DNA of 64,000 nt, taken from positions 20,487 to 84,486 of the forward strand of contig JAAUZH010000032.1 of the NCBI GenBank assembly GCA_014804675.1. Reading direction: 5' to 3'. The position numbers were made by a program, and so were the translations under genes. Below, piece after piece: positions 18,821-28,728 of this stretch. Position 1 is the first letter of the stretch. Each line of letters begins with the position of its first letter. The DNA is from Lachnospiraceae bacterium. GTDB taxonomy: Bacteria > Bacillota > Clostridia > Lachnospirales > Lachnospiraceae. The notes beneath the pieces are model-generated. The model was not told the DNA's origin. It was given only the letters and a program-made list of their open reading frames with translations, and searched no databases.

Positions 18821-21169
18821 TCACTTCTCACTCTCTATATGGTTCTTTTCCTGCTCCATAAGCTCTTTTAGGATCGCATCTATTTCAGACACATCTTCTT
18901 TCCGTCCCACCTTAATGCCCCGCAGCTTTTTATAATAATTTAAATCGGAGATTTCATTATATCCGTAATCAATGGCAAAGTTATTCATCATATATGGATT
19001 TTGCTCAAACTTGTAAACGACACACTCCTCATCTTCCATATAAGCTTCCATCTGATCCGGAAATGCCTTTTGATACTCTTCAATCCAATATGCCAGCTTT
19101 GCCTCCAGCATCCGCCTGTTTTCCTGTGAATTATAATATTTCATCACACCGGTTTCGGATATTCCAAGGATTTCCCTGTCCGCTATCCTTTCAGCGTCTT
19201 CTTCATGGATAGGCTCATTTTCATATTCCAGATTGCTGTAGCGGACTTCATTGTATATAATGGGCTGTTTTTCCAAAACGAAAAATACATATTTCGTAGG
19301 TATTTCCAGATACATATCCTCTTTATATCTTTCCATGTTGGAGATAAATTCCCAAAGCTCATAATGATATCCCCTGTTCCGCACAAGAGCCAGCCCTTCT
19401 ACGGGAGATACAATGGTCCAATTTCCTTTTGGCAATTCTTCATCTGCCTTTACACATACTTTTGCAGCTAAAGAAGGCTCTAAATAGAAATGGGTCTGGA
19501 CAGGCATATACCCCAGCTCATAGGTGATGAAGAACAATGCTGCAGCAGCTATGTAGCTTCCAAGGGTGCCGATGCTTTTTACTTTCTTCGGTATGAGCCT
19601 GCAGAACAGTTCCACCGGAAAAGCCAGCATAAGAGGCGCAATATATCCAATGAACATCGTCATTCTCTCTTCCTTCATCAGCTTCGGGATGCCCAATATC
19701 CAATAGCTGTACATTACAATCATAAGCAATAGGAACACCCATATGCCTCCATACATTTTATCCTTCCAGGTTACCTTTCTGGTCAACAGGAGCACTGCAT
19801 AGTATAGCAGGAAAAGCCCCATGCATATCCAGAACACATAGCCCCAATAGGAGTTCATATCTTCTACCTGAAGCTGGTAAACTGCAAGAAACTTGCCCAG
19901 AATTTTTTCCGCTATGGTGGCTTGCCCTGTCTTTGCTGTTGTTTTTCCTTCCGCCGGCTCATCAGACTCTTCCTTACTTTCGCTTTCCTCCTCCGGCTGT
20001 GCTTCGGCTTCTGTGCCCTGGCTCTGGCTATTGATGACACCCATTGCCCAATTCATAGAGCCCTGCCAGTATTTTCCCGACGCAAGCCCGATGACAAAAG
20101 GTGTGATGCTGATCAGGGCAATCAAGCCTACACCGGCAAGCAGCTTCTTTATCATGGAGAAACGGAATACCCTTTTGATGAAAGGGACGCAGAGGCTTGC
20201 GCACAGCAAAACTGCAAATATGACCGTGTAAAAGTGCATGGATAACACAATGGCAGCGCTCAAGGCAAAGAAAATGCCATCCTTCCATTTTTCTCTTTTG
20301 AGAAACCTTCCCAGATAATAAACACAGGGTAATAAAAACAGCATACCGGTTTCCTGGGGAAGGGTATAAATATTACGGTATCCATAGTAAATACTTGTAA
20401 AATCCGTCACACAGTAAATAAGGAAAGGAAGCATTGCTGCCGCTCTGGAATGAAAGATGCGTCTGGCAAAAAAGTAAAGCATTATTGCCATGAGCACACA
20501 ATTATATGCCCCCCAATAACGAAAAACAATATTCAGATTCAATCCGGACAGCTTATGGAAAGCGGAAATCATATTGTGCATCCCAAAGGGGTAAACACCG
20601 TCATAAAAAATATCCCCCTGCTCCATATAGTTGATCCATTCATTGTGAACATACATATCAGAAGTCAGATATGCATAATTATCAAAGACCAATATCCATT
20701 TTCTGGCAATCAGGGCTCCAAGGGATGCCAACAGGATGAGATGGTCCAATATGTGCTTTGAAAAGAATCCTTTTCCATAGCTGGCAAAAAAATGCTTCAG
20801 CTGTCGGGATGCCTTTGCTGCTGTTCTTTTTGCATAAATGCCAAACTTATACTGGCCTCCGCTGACTAATGTGGTCCACCGAAAAGCCTCCCGGAATTTC
20901 TCCCTATAGCAGACTCCCTTTATCTTCCAATAAACCAATATGACAGCCACTATCGTTATTACCAGGGTCGCCGTATGATATATGTGCAAAAGGCCCAGCA
21001 AATACACGCTGCTGATGATGGTTACATGACTTGCAATCACAGCCTTTATGGCATTTTCTCCCGCTTCTCTGCCGCTTAGCTTCAATTTCATCACTTTTGC
21101 AGGTATGAAAATAATGTATAAGAAATAGAAACATGTAAATTGTACAAAATAGAGTATACTGTCTGCCAC
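18821..21169 (-). CDS. 782-aa polytopic membrane protein with acidic linker and C-terminal soluble domain; possible GT-C-fold (YfhO/ArnT-like) glycosyltransferase
   Basis: GTG start at 21169, 7 nt after GAGGAGG and 16 nt after the pelE stop. Many hydrophobic helices. Linker QSQGTEAEAQPEEESESKEESDEPAEG. The family assignment is inferred from size and topology only. Confidence 0.6.
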   Translation of the reverse strand: MADSILYFVQFTCFYFLYIIFIPAKVMKLKLSGREAGENAIKAVIASHVTIISSVYLLGLLHIYHTATLVITIVAVILVYWKIKGVCYREKFREAFRWTTLVSGGQYKFGIYAKRTAAKASRQLKHFFASYGKGFFSKHILDHLILLASLGALIARKWILVFDNYAYLTSDMYVHNEWINYMEQGDIFYDGVYPFGMHNMISAFHKLSGLNLNIVFRYWGAYNCVLMAIMLYFFARRIFHSRAAAMLPFLIYCVTDFTSIYYGYRNIYTLPQETGMLFLLPCVYYLGRFLKREKWKDGIFFALSAAIVLSMHFYTVIFAVLLCASLCVPFIKRVFRFSMIKKLLAGVGLIALISITPFVIGLASGKYWQGSMNWAMGVINSQSQGTEAEAQPEEESESKEESDEPAEGKTTAKTGQATIAEKILGKFLAVYQLQVEDMNSYWGYVFWICMGLFLLYYAVLLLTRKVTWKDKMYGGIWVFLLLMIVMYSYWILGIPKLMKEERMTMFIGYIAPLMLAFPVELFCRLIPKKVKSIGTLGSYIAAAALFFITYELGYMPVQTHFYLEPSLAAKVCVKADEELPKGNWTIVSPVEGLALVRNRGYHYELWEFISNMERYKEDMYLEIPTKYVFFVLEKQPIIYNEVRYSNLEYENEPIHEEDAERIADREILGISETGVMKYYNSQENRRMLEAKLAYWIEEYQKAFPDQMEAYMEDEECVVYKFEQNPYMMNNFAIDYGYNEISDLNYYKKLRGIKVGRKEDVSEIDAILKELMEQEKNHIESEK

Positions 21170-21184
21170 TTTCCTGCCTCCTCT

Positions 21185-22093
21185 TTATTTTGCAAGCCAG
21201 AATCTTACAATATCCAGTCCCTTTTGGGATAAAGAGATGCTGGATTTGGTCAGCTTCTGTAAAATTTCATTAAACTCCGCTTCTTTTCCGAGAATATATT
21301 TAATATACATAACATTTAGATAAGACTGCTCGGAATCAGGCTGTCTCTTTAAGGACAATTCCGCCCAATCTTCCGCTTCCTTTGATTTTCCTATCCTTTC
21401 CAGCGCCCTTACCATCATGGCATAATGACTTTCCGTAATAGCATCCGGATGAAACTTTTCCAGATTCTCCATTAAATTAATGTACATATAATCATACTTG
21501 GTTTCTTCCACCCCGATCAATCCTCCGCTGTTTAAAATCCGCAGGACTGCATCCAGAAATTCTACATTGGTCTGCTGGTTGGACCGGTCATCATCATATT
21601 TTACCTGAAACTCATTTAACTGTTGCGTAAATTTATTAAATACATCTGTCAAAGCAGCCGCCGCATAATGGGAAGTTTCGGAATCCTCATTTTCCACTGC
21701 CTTCCTGACTAAGCTCAGCTTCTCGCTGATATCCATTTTCAGCATATTCAGCATGGCTCTTCTTCTGTCCTTTGCAACTGCCACGGTCAATACTTCTTCC
21801 AAAGGCAGCACTTCCATTTCCCGTTCTTTGTCTACTGTCTCCAAAAACTCCTTCCGGCTCTTATCCATGCTTAAGTTATCATAATCTACATCCTTGTTCC
21901 GAAAGAACAGTCCAATCAGATAGCTGAAAAAATAGCAGAATAATCCGGTAACCGGGCAGAGCAGCATAACAAAGCCTCTCTGAAACACATAGGGAAGCTT
22001 TGTCTTTATCCCCATAACAGCCATATACAAAATTGCAATGACCGCATTTATGACTACGATCCAAAAAACAATTACGTCACTGTTAAATTCCAT
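21185..22093 (-). CDS. pelE: PelE-like protein (N-terminal TM helices + TPR-like C-terminal domain)
   Basis: 302 aa. Two to three N-terminal TM segments, then a helical-repeat region (HYAMMVRALERIGKSKEAEDWAELSLKRQPDSEQSYLNVMYI...). Lies directly after pelD with an 11-nt overlap. Assignment is mainly by architecture and synteny. Confidence 0.6.
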   Translation of the reverse strand: MEFNSDVIVFWIVVINAVIAILYMAVMGIKTKLPYVFQRGFVMLLCPVTGLFCYFFSYLIGLFFRNKDVDYDNLSMDKSRKEFLETVDKEREMEVLPLEEVLTVAVAKDRRRAMLNMLKMDISEKLSLVRKAVENEDSETSHYAAAALTDVFNKFTQQLNEFQVKYDDDRSNQQTNVEFLDAVLRILNSGGLIGVEETKYDYMYINLMENLEKFHPDAITESHYAMMVRALERIGKSKEAEDWAELSLKRQPDSEQSYLNVMYIKYILGKEAEFNEILQKLTKSSISLSQKGLDIVRFWLAK

Positions 22094-24272
22094 TTATAAT
22101 AACCGCCTTACTTTCTATTCCGTTTTTGTTCAACTTGTTGACTACAAATGCTGAATCCGAATAACTTGCATGGGCAAGGATGTATACAAATTCGTCCTCA
22201 TCCTCCATTTTGCCGATTTTATCCTCATCACGTACCAGACTCTTTAACCTGTCGCTGAGTTCTTCTAAGCTTCTTTCTTTCATATTTATCTGGATAACGC
22301 TGTATTCTGCCTGTTCGTAAGATACATCCTTCAGCTTTTCCACAATCTGCTGCCTGAAGATTTCCGGGAACATCACATTGGTATTTTCGTAATACTTCTG
22401 CTGTCTTCCTATTTCCTCATATTGATATCCTTTTTCCAGACTGCTCGTAATAATCTTTGCCAATACAAGGAATAAGTTTTTCTGATAGGTGTTCAGCTGT
22501 TCAAACTCCATGTTCCAAAGCATAATGATATAAATCAGCTTATTTTCGGAGTAAATGGGAGCCGCCATTCTGGGAAGCTCTGTCCCCACCTGATGATTTA
22601 CAAAAATATCCCTGGTATTTAAGGCCTGCTTCATCATTGGATAATCCAACAGCTTGATTGCCTTGTTCATATTTCTCGCATCAGGGGTAGTCGCTTCAAT
22701 AAAATGGAAATACTCCCCCTGCCCTGCCTGGTATATGCAGACATCTTCCACGTTCATGATCTTCTGTACTACGCCTAAAGAAGCAACCGCAATTTTTTCC
22801 GGGTCCAGCACGTCTAATTCCGATACGATGTTGTAAATCTTTCCAATACTGTCTCCATAATTGATTAATCTGTCTTCAAATACCTTTTTAATCTCCACAT
22901 TTGTTTTGTTCACATCATAAATCAATTCATATTCTTCCTGCAAATCCTTCATCTGCTCATCCTGTTCCTTCATAGACAGCTTATACCTTAAAATGCTATA
23001 GGAAATCATAATAGCCACAATAAAGTAGAAGAGAAACCGGAAGATAAAGGAATACTGGGAAACGGCTGCCGAAATTCCCTGACCTGTTTCCAGCATACGC
23101 AGATAAAGGTTTCCTCCAGTAGCCAGTACCACCGCCAGCACGCTGTGGCCAATTCCCAAAGCTGCAGCAGCGGCCAGCACATAAAGAAGCATAAAGTCCA
23201 CTCCGGAAAACATATCCATAGAGCCAAATTGATAAGTCACAAAAAGCGCCAATGCAAATAAGGCAATATTTTCTATGATTTTTCTCCCCTTGCGCAATAT
23301 AGTGAACAAATCTTCCCGAAACTGTTCGCTTTCTCTCTTCTGCTCTCTCTCCTCGGCAGTCAGCTCCTTTTCATTCAATTCCTCATAATGATTTACCACA
23401 AACTTACCGGTGCGCTTTAACCCTTCTTCCAGGTCAATCAGGGGAGAATAGCGAAATTCTTCTATAAATTTCGTTCCATTCAGAGACAGTTTTTTGCTTT
23501 TTTTCTCTCCTGGGGATGCGGAAACCGATATACCAGCTTCATTCGTCAGAAAATCGACAAGCTCCTCATTAGAAGTCACTCTTTTTCCCTCTACATGGTA
23601 TAGGTTCTGTGTACAATTTTTCTTCATAATCGTCTTGTATACGGCATCCACTGCGTCAGACACATAAATCGTCATAAAGGAACCATAACCGGCAGACTTG
23701 ATACTCCCTCGTTTTTTTGCGTCAAAAAACATCTCTTCAATAGGATTTAATTTTTCGTAGACAAAATGGGTGGGACCATATACAAGCGGAAATCTTAAAA
23801 TGGTCACCTTCATCCCACCGCCTTCGTAAAGTTTACAAAGACATTCTCCGTTATATAGGATCATATCCTTTATTCTATCTGTTTCCGGCTCAGTCTCCTC
23901 TGTCATCGCTTCCCCACAGTTCTTTCCAAATACACTCATGGTAGAAAGAAAAATAAAATGGCCTACCTGATTGGTTTTGCAGCAGAACAGCGCATTGATA
24001 AGCTGAGAGCCGAAAGCAGAGGCCGTCATATCATCCTTCCAGTCGAACGCATCATCCTGAGCTCCCATGAAAATTACCGTATCCGGCTGGACACATTGGA
24101 TGATATATTTTACATCCTGCCCATCAGTTGCAAATTCAAAAATACTGTGATGGGGCAGCTTCGCCGCCTTTTCCTTTGACCGCCTTCCCGCAATTGTATA
24201 AATATCGCATTTTTCCCTATACAGACGCTCGATGAGATGATTCATCATAAAGCCGTATTGGCCAATAATCAA
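22083..24272 (-). CDS. pelD: PelD-like c-di-GMP receptor: degenerate SDR/epimerase-like N-domain, TM region, GAF-like domain, degenerate GGDEF domain
   Basis: The N-terminus IIGQYGFMMNHL replaces the GxxGxxG of SDRs. Four or so TM helices lie mid-protein. The C-terminal RDED-KIGKM-EDEDEF-VYIL reads as an I-site RxxD followed by a degenerate GGDEF. Start uncertain: the ORF-track start is TTG 24272, while an in-frame ATT at 24279-24281 sits 8 nt after GGAGG. Confidence 0.7.
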   Translation of the reverse strand: MIIGQYGFMMNHLIERLYREKCDIYTIAGRRSKEKAAKLPHHSIFEFATDGQDVKYIIQCVQPDTVIFMGAQDDAFDWKDDMTASAFGSQLINALFCCKTNQVGHFIFLSTMSVFGKNCGEAMTEETEPETDRIKDMILYNGECLCKLYEGGGMKVTILRFPLVYGPTHFVYEKLNPIEEMFFDAKKRGSIKSAGYGSFMTIYVSDAVDAVYKTIMKKNCTQNLYHVEGKRVTSNEELVDFLTNEAGISVSASPGEKKSKKLSLNGTKFIEEFRYSPLIDLEEGLKRTGKFVVNHYEELNEKELTAEEREQKRESEQFREDLFTILRKGRKIIENIALFALALFVTYQFGSMDMFSGVDFMLLYVLAAAAALGIGHSVLAVVLATGGNLYLRMLETGQGISAAVSQYSFIFRFLFYFIVAIMISYSILRYKLSMKEQDEQMKDLQEEYELIYDVNKTNVEIKKVFEDRLINYGDSIGKIYNIVSELDVLDPEKIAVASLGVVQKIMNVEDVCIYQAGQGEYFHFIEATTPDARNMNKAIKLLDYPMMKQALNTRDIFVNHQVGTELPRMAAPIYSENKLIYIIMLWNMEFEQLNTYQKNLFLVLAKIITSSLEKGYQYEEIGRQQKYYENTNVMFPEIFRQQIVEKLKDVSYEQAEYSVIQINMKERSLEELSDRLKSLVRDEDKIGKMEDEDEFVYILAHASYSDSAFVVNKLNKNGIESKAVIINGI

Positions 24273-24276
24273 TACT

Positions 24277-25752
24277 TTAATTGGAATCGCCTCCTTCTTT
24301 CATAGATTGAATCGAATAAATCGACACACGTTCCTGTTTTTTCATTGTTTTTACCTGTTTTACTATTTTTCCCCTTCCGTAAATGTGCCGGTCAAGATGC
24401 ATTAACTTGTACCGGATTCGGAAAAAAGCTGCTGTAAAGCCGCAGGCTGCTCCAAATACCACCCCTAAGCCTGCCAGCACCGGCGGAAACTGTACAGTTA
24501 CCATACTTCCTAAAAAAGTACCTGCAAAAAATGCAAGGCCTACCATAGGCGCCCCTTTCTGATCATCCAGATAGAACAAGAAGATCATCAGGCACTGCAC
24601 CAGATACAAAATCATATATCCTATGGACAAAGCCGGATAGATGGACAATATCACCCCTTCAATTCCGATTTTCGGAAAAATCACAAGCGTAGCAACGTAT
24701 ACGATCAGGTTCACGATGACCTGAATCTGGATAATGTAAATCGTTTCCCTTCTAAGGGCTTCTATCATCTTCTGCTTTGCCCTGCGGATATCCTTACCCG
24801 CCGCACCGATTATGGATTCGCAATATGCCTTATAAAATGTGTGGAATTTTGTCTCCACGTTCACCACGAAAATAACCAGTACGGAAATATTGCTAAGCAT
24901 GGCCAGATAAGTAGCCATATCATAAGCGGGAGCTGACTGGAACACATTGGCTACCAGAATCTTATAATCGGAGCGAAACCAGAACACGAAATTATGCACA
25001 TAAAGCCCCCAGATATACAGCGCATTTGCCAGAATCAGCCACCAGCCTTTCTTAATATAGGAAAACAACTCTCCCGAATTCCCATTGTGCCGTACAAAGC
25101 TGTTTTTTATAAAAGTCAGCAAAATCATGGCAATCAGCAAAAAGCTTATCATCAATCCGAAAAGAATAGCATCCACGATTGATATATCAAACCAATAGAC
25201 ACTGACCACCACAAACAAAAACCCTGCCGCCAGACTTCCTAAGAAGCTGAAGGTAATCTTTCGGTATTCCTTTAGCACCGTAATGAAAGTCATGTAGTAA
25301 AAGGTAAAGGACAGTCCTGCAAAAAACAAATAAGAAGCAAAAATGTAATAAAGGGGAAGATGCCCTATAAAATACATAGCACAGCCAAAAGGAATTCCCA
25401 GAATCCCTACACAGACAGCAATCAAAACACTGCCAGTCTCCACGGAAGAATAGATGCTGTCAAAATCCTCCTCATATATTTTATCCGCCACATATCTGGA
25501 AAGGATAATATTAATAGGAGAAGCCAGAATCAGTGCAAATATGAATACATATAAAATCGTGGATGAGAGCACCTCTCTGTCACTGTATGCAATTTCAATA
25601 TAGGGAGGCAGCATATACATGATGTTCAGGGCAATGATTACGATAATGGTAGGCCCAATCGTTACTGCCGTTGCATAAACACCTGCAAATATGGTACTGA
25701 ACACTCCTTCTTTTTTAAATAACCGCTTTAGCTCAAAGCCTATTCCTGCCAT
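24277..25752 (-). CDS. pelG: PelG-like polysaccharide exporter (MOP/PST-like, ~12 TM)
   Basis: Begins MAGIGFELKRLF, the characteristic PelG N-terminus, after a GAGGAA RBS (ATG 25752). Polytopic throughout. Confidence 0.8.
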   Translation of the reverse strand: MAGIGFELKRLFKKEGVFSTIFAGVYATAVTIGPTIIVIIALNIMYMLPPYIEIAYSDREVLSSTILYVFIFALILASPINIILSRYVADKIYEEDFDSIYSSVETGSVLIAVCVGILGIPFGCAMYFIGHLPLYYIFASYLFFAGLSFTFYYMTFITVLKEYRKITFSFLGSLAAGFLFVVVSVYWFDISIVDAILFGLMISFLLIAMILLTFIKNSFVRHNGNSGELFSYIKKGWWLILANALYIWGLYVHNFVFWFRSDYKILVANVFQSAPAYDMATYLAMLSNISVLVIFVVNVETKFHTFYKAYCESIIGAAGKDIRRAKQKMIEALRRETIYIIQIQVIVNLIVYVATLVIFPKIGIEGVILSIYPALSIGYMILYLVQCLMIFLFYLDDQKGAPMVGLAFFAGTFLGSMVTVQFPPVLAGLGVVFGAACGFTAAFFRIRYKLMHLDRHIYGRGKIVKQVKTMKKQERVSIYSIQSMKEGGDSN

Positions 25753-25760
25753 ATATTCCT

Positions 25761-27173
25761 CTACTTCCAATCTTTATATTGTTCGTACAATTCTCCATAA
25801 GTCCTGGTTACCTGTTCATTCCGGTAAAATGCCTTTACCCGAAGCCTGCCGTTGTATCCCATATCTTCCCGCAATGCTTCATCCGTTGCCATGGTTACGA
25901 TAGCATCCGCAATCTTATCCACATTCATAACGGGAACGATAAGGCCGCTCTTTCCAAGTCCATCCGTTTCCCCGCCATATAACAATTCCTTACAGCCCCC
26001 TACATCCGTTGCGATACAGGGCTTGGAAGCTGCCATGGACTCCAGGATGGACAAGGGCTGCCCTTCCGAAATGCTGGTAAGGATGGTCATATCCATTTTC
26101 CCAAGATAATCTTTTACATCGACCCTTCCGGTAAACTCAATATCCTCCGCCTGAAATCCTTTGATAAATTCCAGACATTCCTGATAATATTCCGGATTTT
26201 CATCGGTGGGTCCCATAATGTACAGCTTTAATTCAGGCACTTTTACTTTTGCCAGCGCAAAAGCATTTATCATAGTCTTTACATCCTTAATGGGCACTAC
26301 CCGGAGCACTGCCCCCACATTGATATGCCCATCCTCCGGGTCTTTTCCCGGAATATCCGCAAACTGCTCTATATATACCCCGTTGGAAATGACTCTGGCC
26401 TTATCCTTTGGACAGCCTAGCTCCAGCTGGATCTTCTGGGCCTGCTGGAACAGGGAAATCACCTGGGAAGCGCAATCGTAAATACAGCCGGATAATGTGT
26501 AAAAGTAACGAATCCATAAATCCTTGTAGATTCCCTGAGTCCATTCCACCTTAATGATTTCTTCTTCCCTCTCTCTTGTATAAATGCCATGCTCTGTCAA
26601 AAGAATAGGCTTATTATACAAATAATGTCCCTTGCAGGCTAAAATCCCTGCATATCCGGTAGAGATGGCATGATAACAGTCCGCTTCCGCCACCGGCACT
26701 TTTAAAATAGTAAACAGGGGCAGGTATAAGGACCTGACGCTCCATAAGAAATCCGTGAACACACACTGGGGATATCGTTCAATATACAAATCCTGAACGA
26801 TTTCAAAAAATTCTTCTCCCATCAATATATCATTTACGGAAATATCCTCCTTTTCAAAAAAACGGAAGACTCCCAGCCAGTCAATATCGTCTCCGAACAA
26901 AAGCTTCTTGAAACATTTTTTTTCTTCCTCATTCAGCCTTGTTCTCTTTCGGAAAGGTCTTACCACATCGTTATCATTTAAATAAGCTTCCCTGATTTCC
27001 AGAACATTTTCCGGCATTTCATATTTAAACTGTCCACTCTGTTCCCTGTCAGGCAGCAGAGTATGAATGATAAAGTCTGTTTCTTTCCTGGCTTCCAAAA
27101 GCATCTGTACCCAACTGGACACACCTCCCACCACATAGGGATAGCATCCTTCCACAAACATTGCTATCTTCAC
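25761..27173 (-). CDS. pelF: PelF-like GT4 glycosyltransferase (DUF3492 N-domain)
   Basis: GTG start 5 nt after AAGAGGTG. MKIAMFVEGCYPYVVGGVSSWVQMLLE (PelF-type YPYVxGGVSSW). EX7E motif SISEGQPLSILESMAASKPCIATDVGG. Confidence 0.85.
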   Translation of the reverse strand: MKIAMFVEGCYPYVVGGVSSWVQMLLEARKETDFIIHTLLPDREQSGQFKYEMPENVLEIREAYLNDNDVVRPFRKRTRLNEEEKKCFKKLLFGDDIDWLGVFRFFEKEDISVNDILMGEEFFEIVQDLYIERYPQCVFTDFLWSVRSLYLPLFTILKVPVAEADCYHAISTGYAGILACKGHYLYNKPILLTEHGIYTREREEEIIKVEWTQGIYKDLWIRYFYTLSGCIYDCASQVISLFQQAQKIQLELGCPKDKARVISNGVYIEQFADIPGKDPEDGHINVGAVLRVVPIKDVKTMINAFALAKVKVPELKLYIMGPTDENPEYYQECLEFIKGFQAEDIEFTGRVDVKDYLGKMDMTILTSISEGQPLSILESMAASKPCIATDVGGCKELLYGGETDGLGKSGLIVPVMNVDKIADAIVTMATDEALREDMGYNGRLRVKAFYRNEQVTRTYGELYEQYKDWK

Positions 27174-27194
27174 GATTACACCTCTTTTTTCAGC

Positions 27195-28718
27195 TTATTC
27201 CGGCTTTTCCTTCAGTCCAATTACAATTTTCTCCTGAAGCGCCTTCACCAGATAAGCATTTTCCCCTACTTTCTGCACTTCATAGCCTTCCCCGGCAAGC
27301 ACTGTCTTTTCTGTACGTATCATATAAAAGCACATGTCATAAAAGTTTCCGGTTTCAACAGTAAGCTGCCCTTCTCCACTGGTAATGACCGGCTCTAACA
27401 ACAAATAACGCTTATACCGTTCCAATGCCTGGGATACTGTCATAGCATCCATCCAGTCCGTTTCTTTATACAAATCATGCATCATCTTGGACAGCTCCAA
27501 AGAGTAGCTGGCCCACTCGTACTCCGAATCTCCTGCATTCCTGCCCATGACCTGGGAAATATCCAGATAGTGGGTGGCAAGTCCCCAGCCGGAAATACCG
27601 CTTTGCATCTGGAAGATTTCCTCTTCCTTTCTTTGGTGACCGGAGCTGACATAAGGAATCTCAAGCTCCTTCTCTGTCAGACTGTCGTCGATTTCATAGC
27701 CCCGCTTTTCCAAAAGGCCAGCCAGATAATTATAATTTTCCTGATCCTCTTTTTTGACCGGCTTATTCAGCCTTGTACTAAAAATCAATGTATCCGATTC
27801 CCCAAGCTTTACTATGGAGGGCCATACAATATCCCGAAGGAACATATATGTGTCCCTGCTGTACATGTTCTTCATTTGATTGTCATAAGGATTATCAAGC
27901 TCCGGAAAGGAATCCAGCAGTTCTGCCTTTGCATTGACTACCGGATAGATAAAGTCCTCTTGTGTCCGGCTGAGGATGCCTGTCAATATCCCCATTCCCT
28001 TTTCCATCGTAAAAAAATCGCCATTGACCACGTAGAAACAGCCTTCTCCATATCGCTTTTCCCAGATAAGGGGAATCAGATTCCTTTGTTCCACAGGATT
28101 CTTTGTCTTTTCCACCATAAGCTTTTTACACCTGGCATCTACGGCAATCTGCCGCACATCCATTTCCAGCTCATCAAAATAGACCATATCATCCTGGATG
28201 AACATTCCCTCAAAAAGCATAATTCCTTTAATCTGAACAATATCATCCTTTTTTATTATCCCGATAAGCTTGTCATATTCCTCTGCTTCTGTTCCTTCCA
28301 GCAGGCCAGTGAATATCAGGTTTTTTCCGGATTCCTCCACATATTGAAACAGCAGCTCCTTGTTTCCTATTTCATCCCATCCCTCAGCAGTTACCAGAAT
28401 GGTCTCTAAAGTTTCGGCCTGCTTACTGCTAATCTCATCCACTGTGGAAAATACCGCATATTCTTTTTTCAAATTAGAAAGCATCTGAATCATATTTTTT
28501 GTTCTTTCGCTTTCTCCCTGTCCGCCGCATAGCACAGCATATACAGGCTCTTCCACATTGCTTTCCCTTATGACGGAAAAATCCTCCGGCAGCTCCACCG
28601 GGTCTAAGGAATTGGAAATCCCCAGATTTACCGAAAGGCTTCCGGCAAATATTAAGTAGAATATGAGCATGGCAATAAAGGATAGCATCATGGCAATATA
28701 ATCAGATATCTTCAGCAT
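27195..28718 (-). CDS. membrane-anchored DUF2194-type protein, candidate PelA deacetylase-domain equivalent
   Basis: N-terminal TM (IAMMLSFIAMLIFYLIFAG) plus a ~470-aa extracytoplasmic domain. Occupies the pelA(DA) slot immediately upstream of pelF. The family call is by synteny and memory of Gram-positive pel operons, not by a motif I can point to. Confidence 0.5.
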   Translation of the reverse strand: MLKISDYIAMMLSFIAMLIFYLIFAGSLSVNLGISNSLDPVELPEDFSVIRESNVEEPVYAVLCGGQGESERTKNMIQMLSNLKKEYAVFSTVDEISSKQAETLETILVTAEGWDEIGNKELLFQYVEESGKNLIFTGLLEGTEAEEYDKLIGIIKKDDIVQIKGIMLFEGMFIQDDMVYFDELEMDVRQIAVDARCKKLMVEKTKNPVEQRNLIPLIWEKRYGEGCFYVVNGDFFTMEKGMGILTGILSRTQEDFIYPVVNAKAELLDSFPELDNPYDNQMKNMYSRDTYMFLRDIVWPSIVKLGESDTLIFSTRLNKPVKKEDQENYNYLAGLLEKRGYEIDDSLTEKELEIPYVSSGHQRKEEEIFQMQSGISGWGLATHYLDISQVMGRNAGDSEYEWASYSLELSKMMHDLYKETDWMDAMTVSQALERYKRYLLLEPVITSGEGQLTVETGNFYDMCFYMIRTEKTVLAGEGYEVQKVGENAYLVKALQEKIVIGLKEKPE

Positions 28719-28728
28719 ACTCTCACCT

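Noticed and set aside
27477-28409. Long antisense ORFs in the track, for example 27477..28409 (+, 310 aa), 15207..15998 (+, 263 aa), 7336..7998 (+, 220 aa), 1376..1966 (+, 196 aa) and 676..1122 (+).
   Set aside because: Each lies entirely inside a well-supported minus-strand gene. They have low-complexity or odd composition, no RBS and no recognisable motif. They are shadow ORFs.
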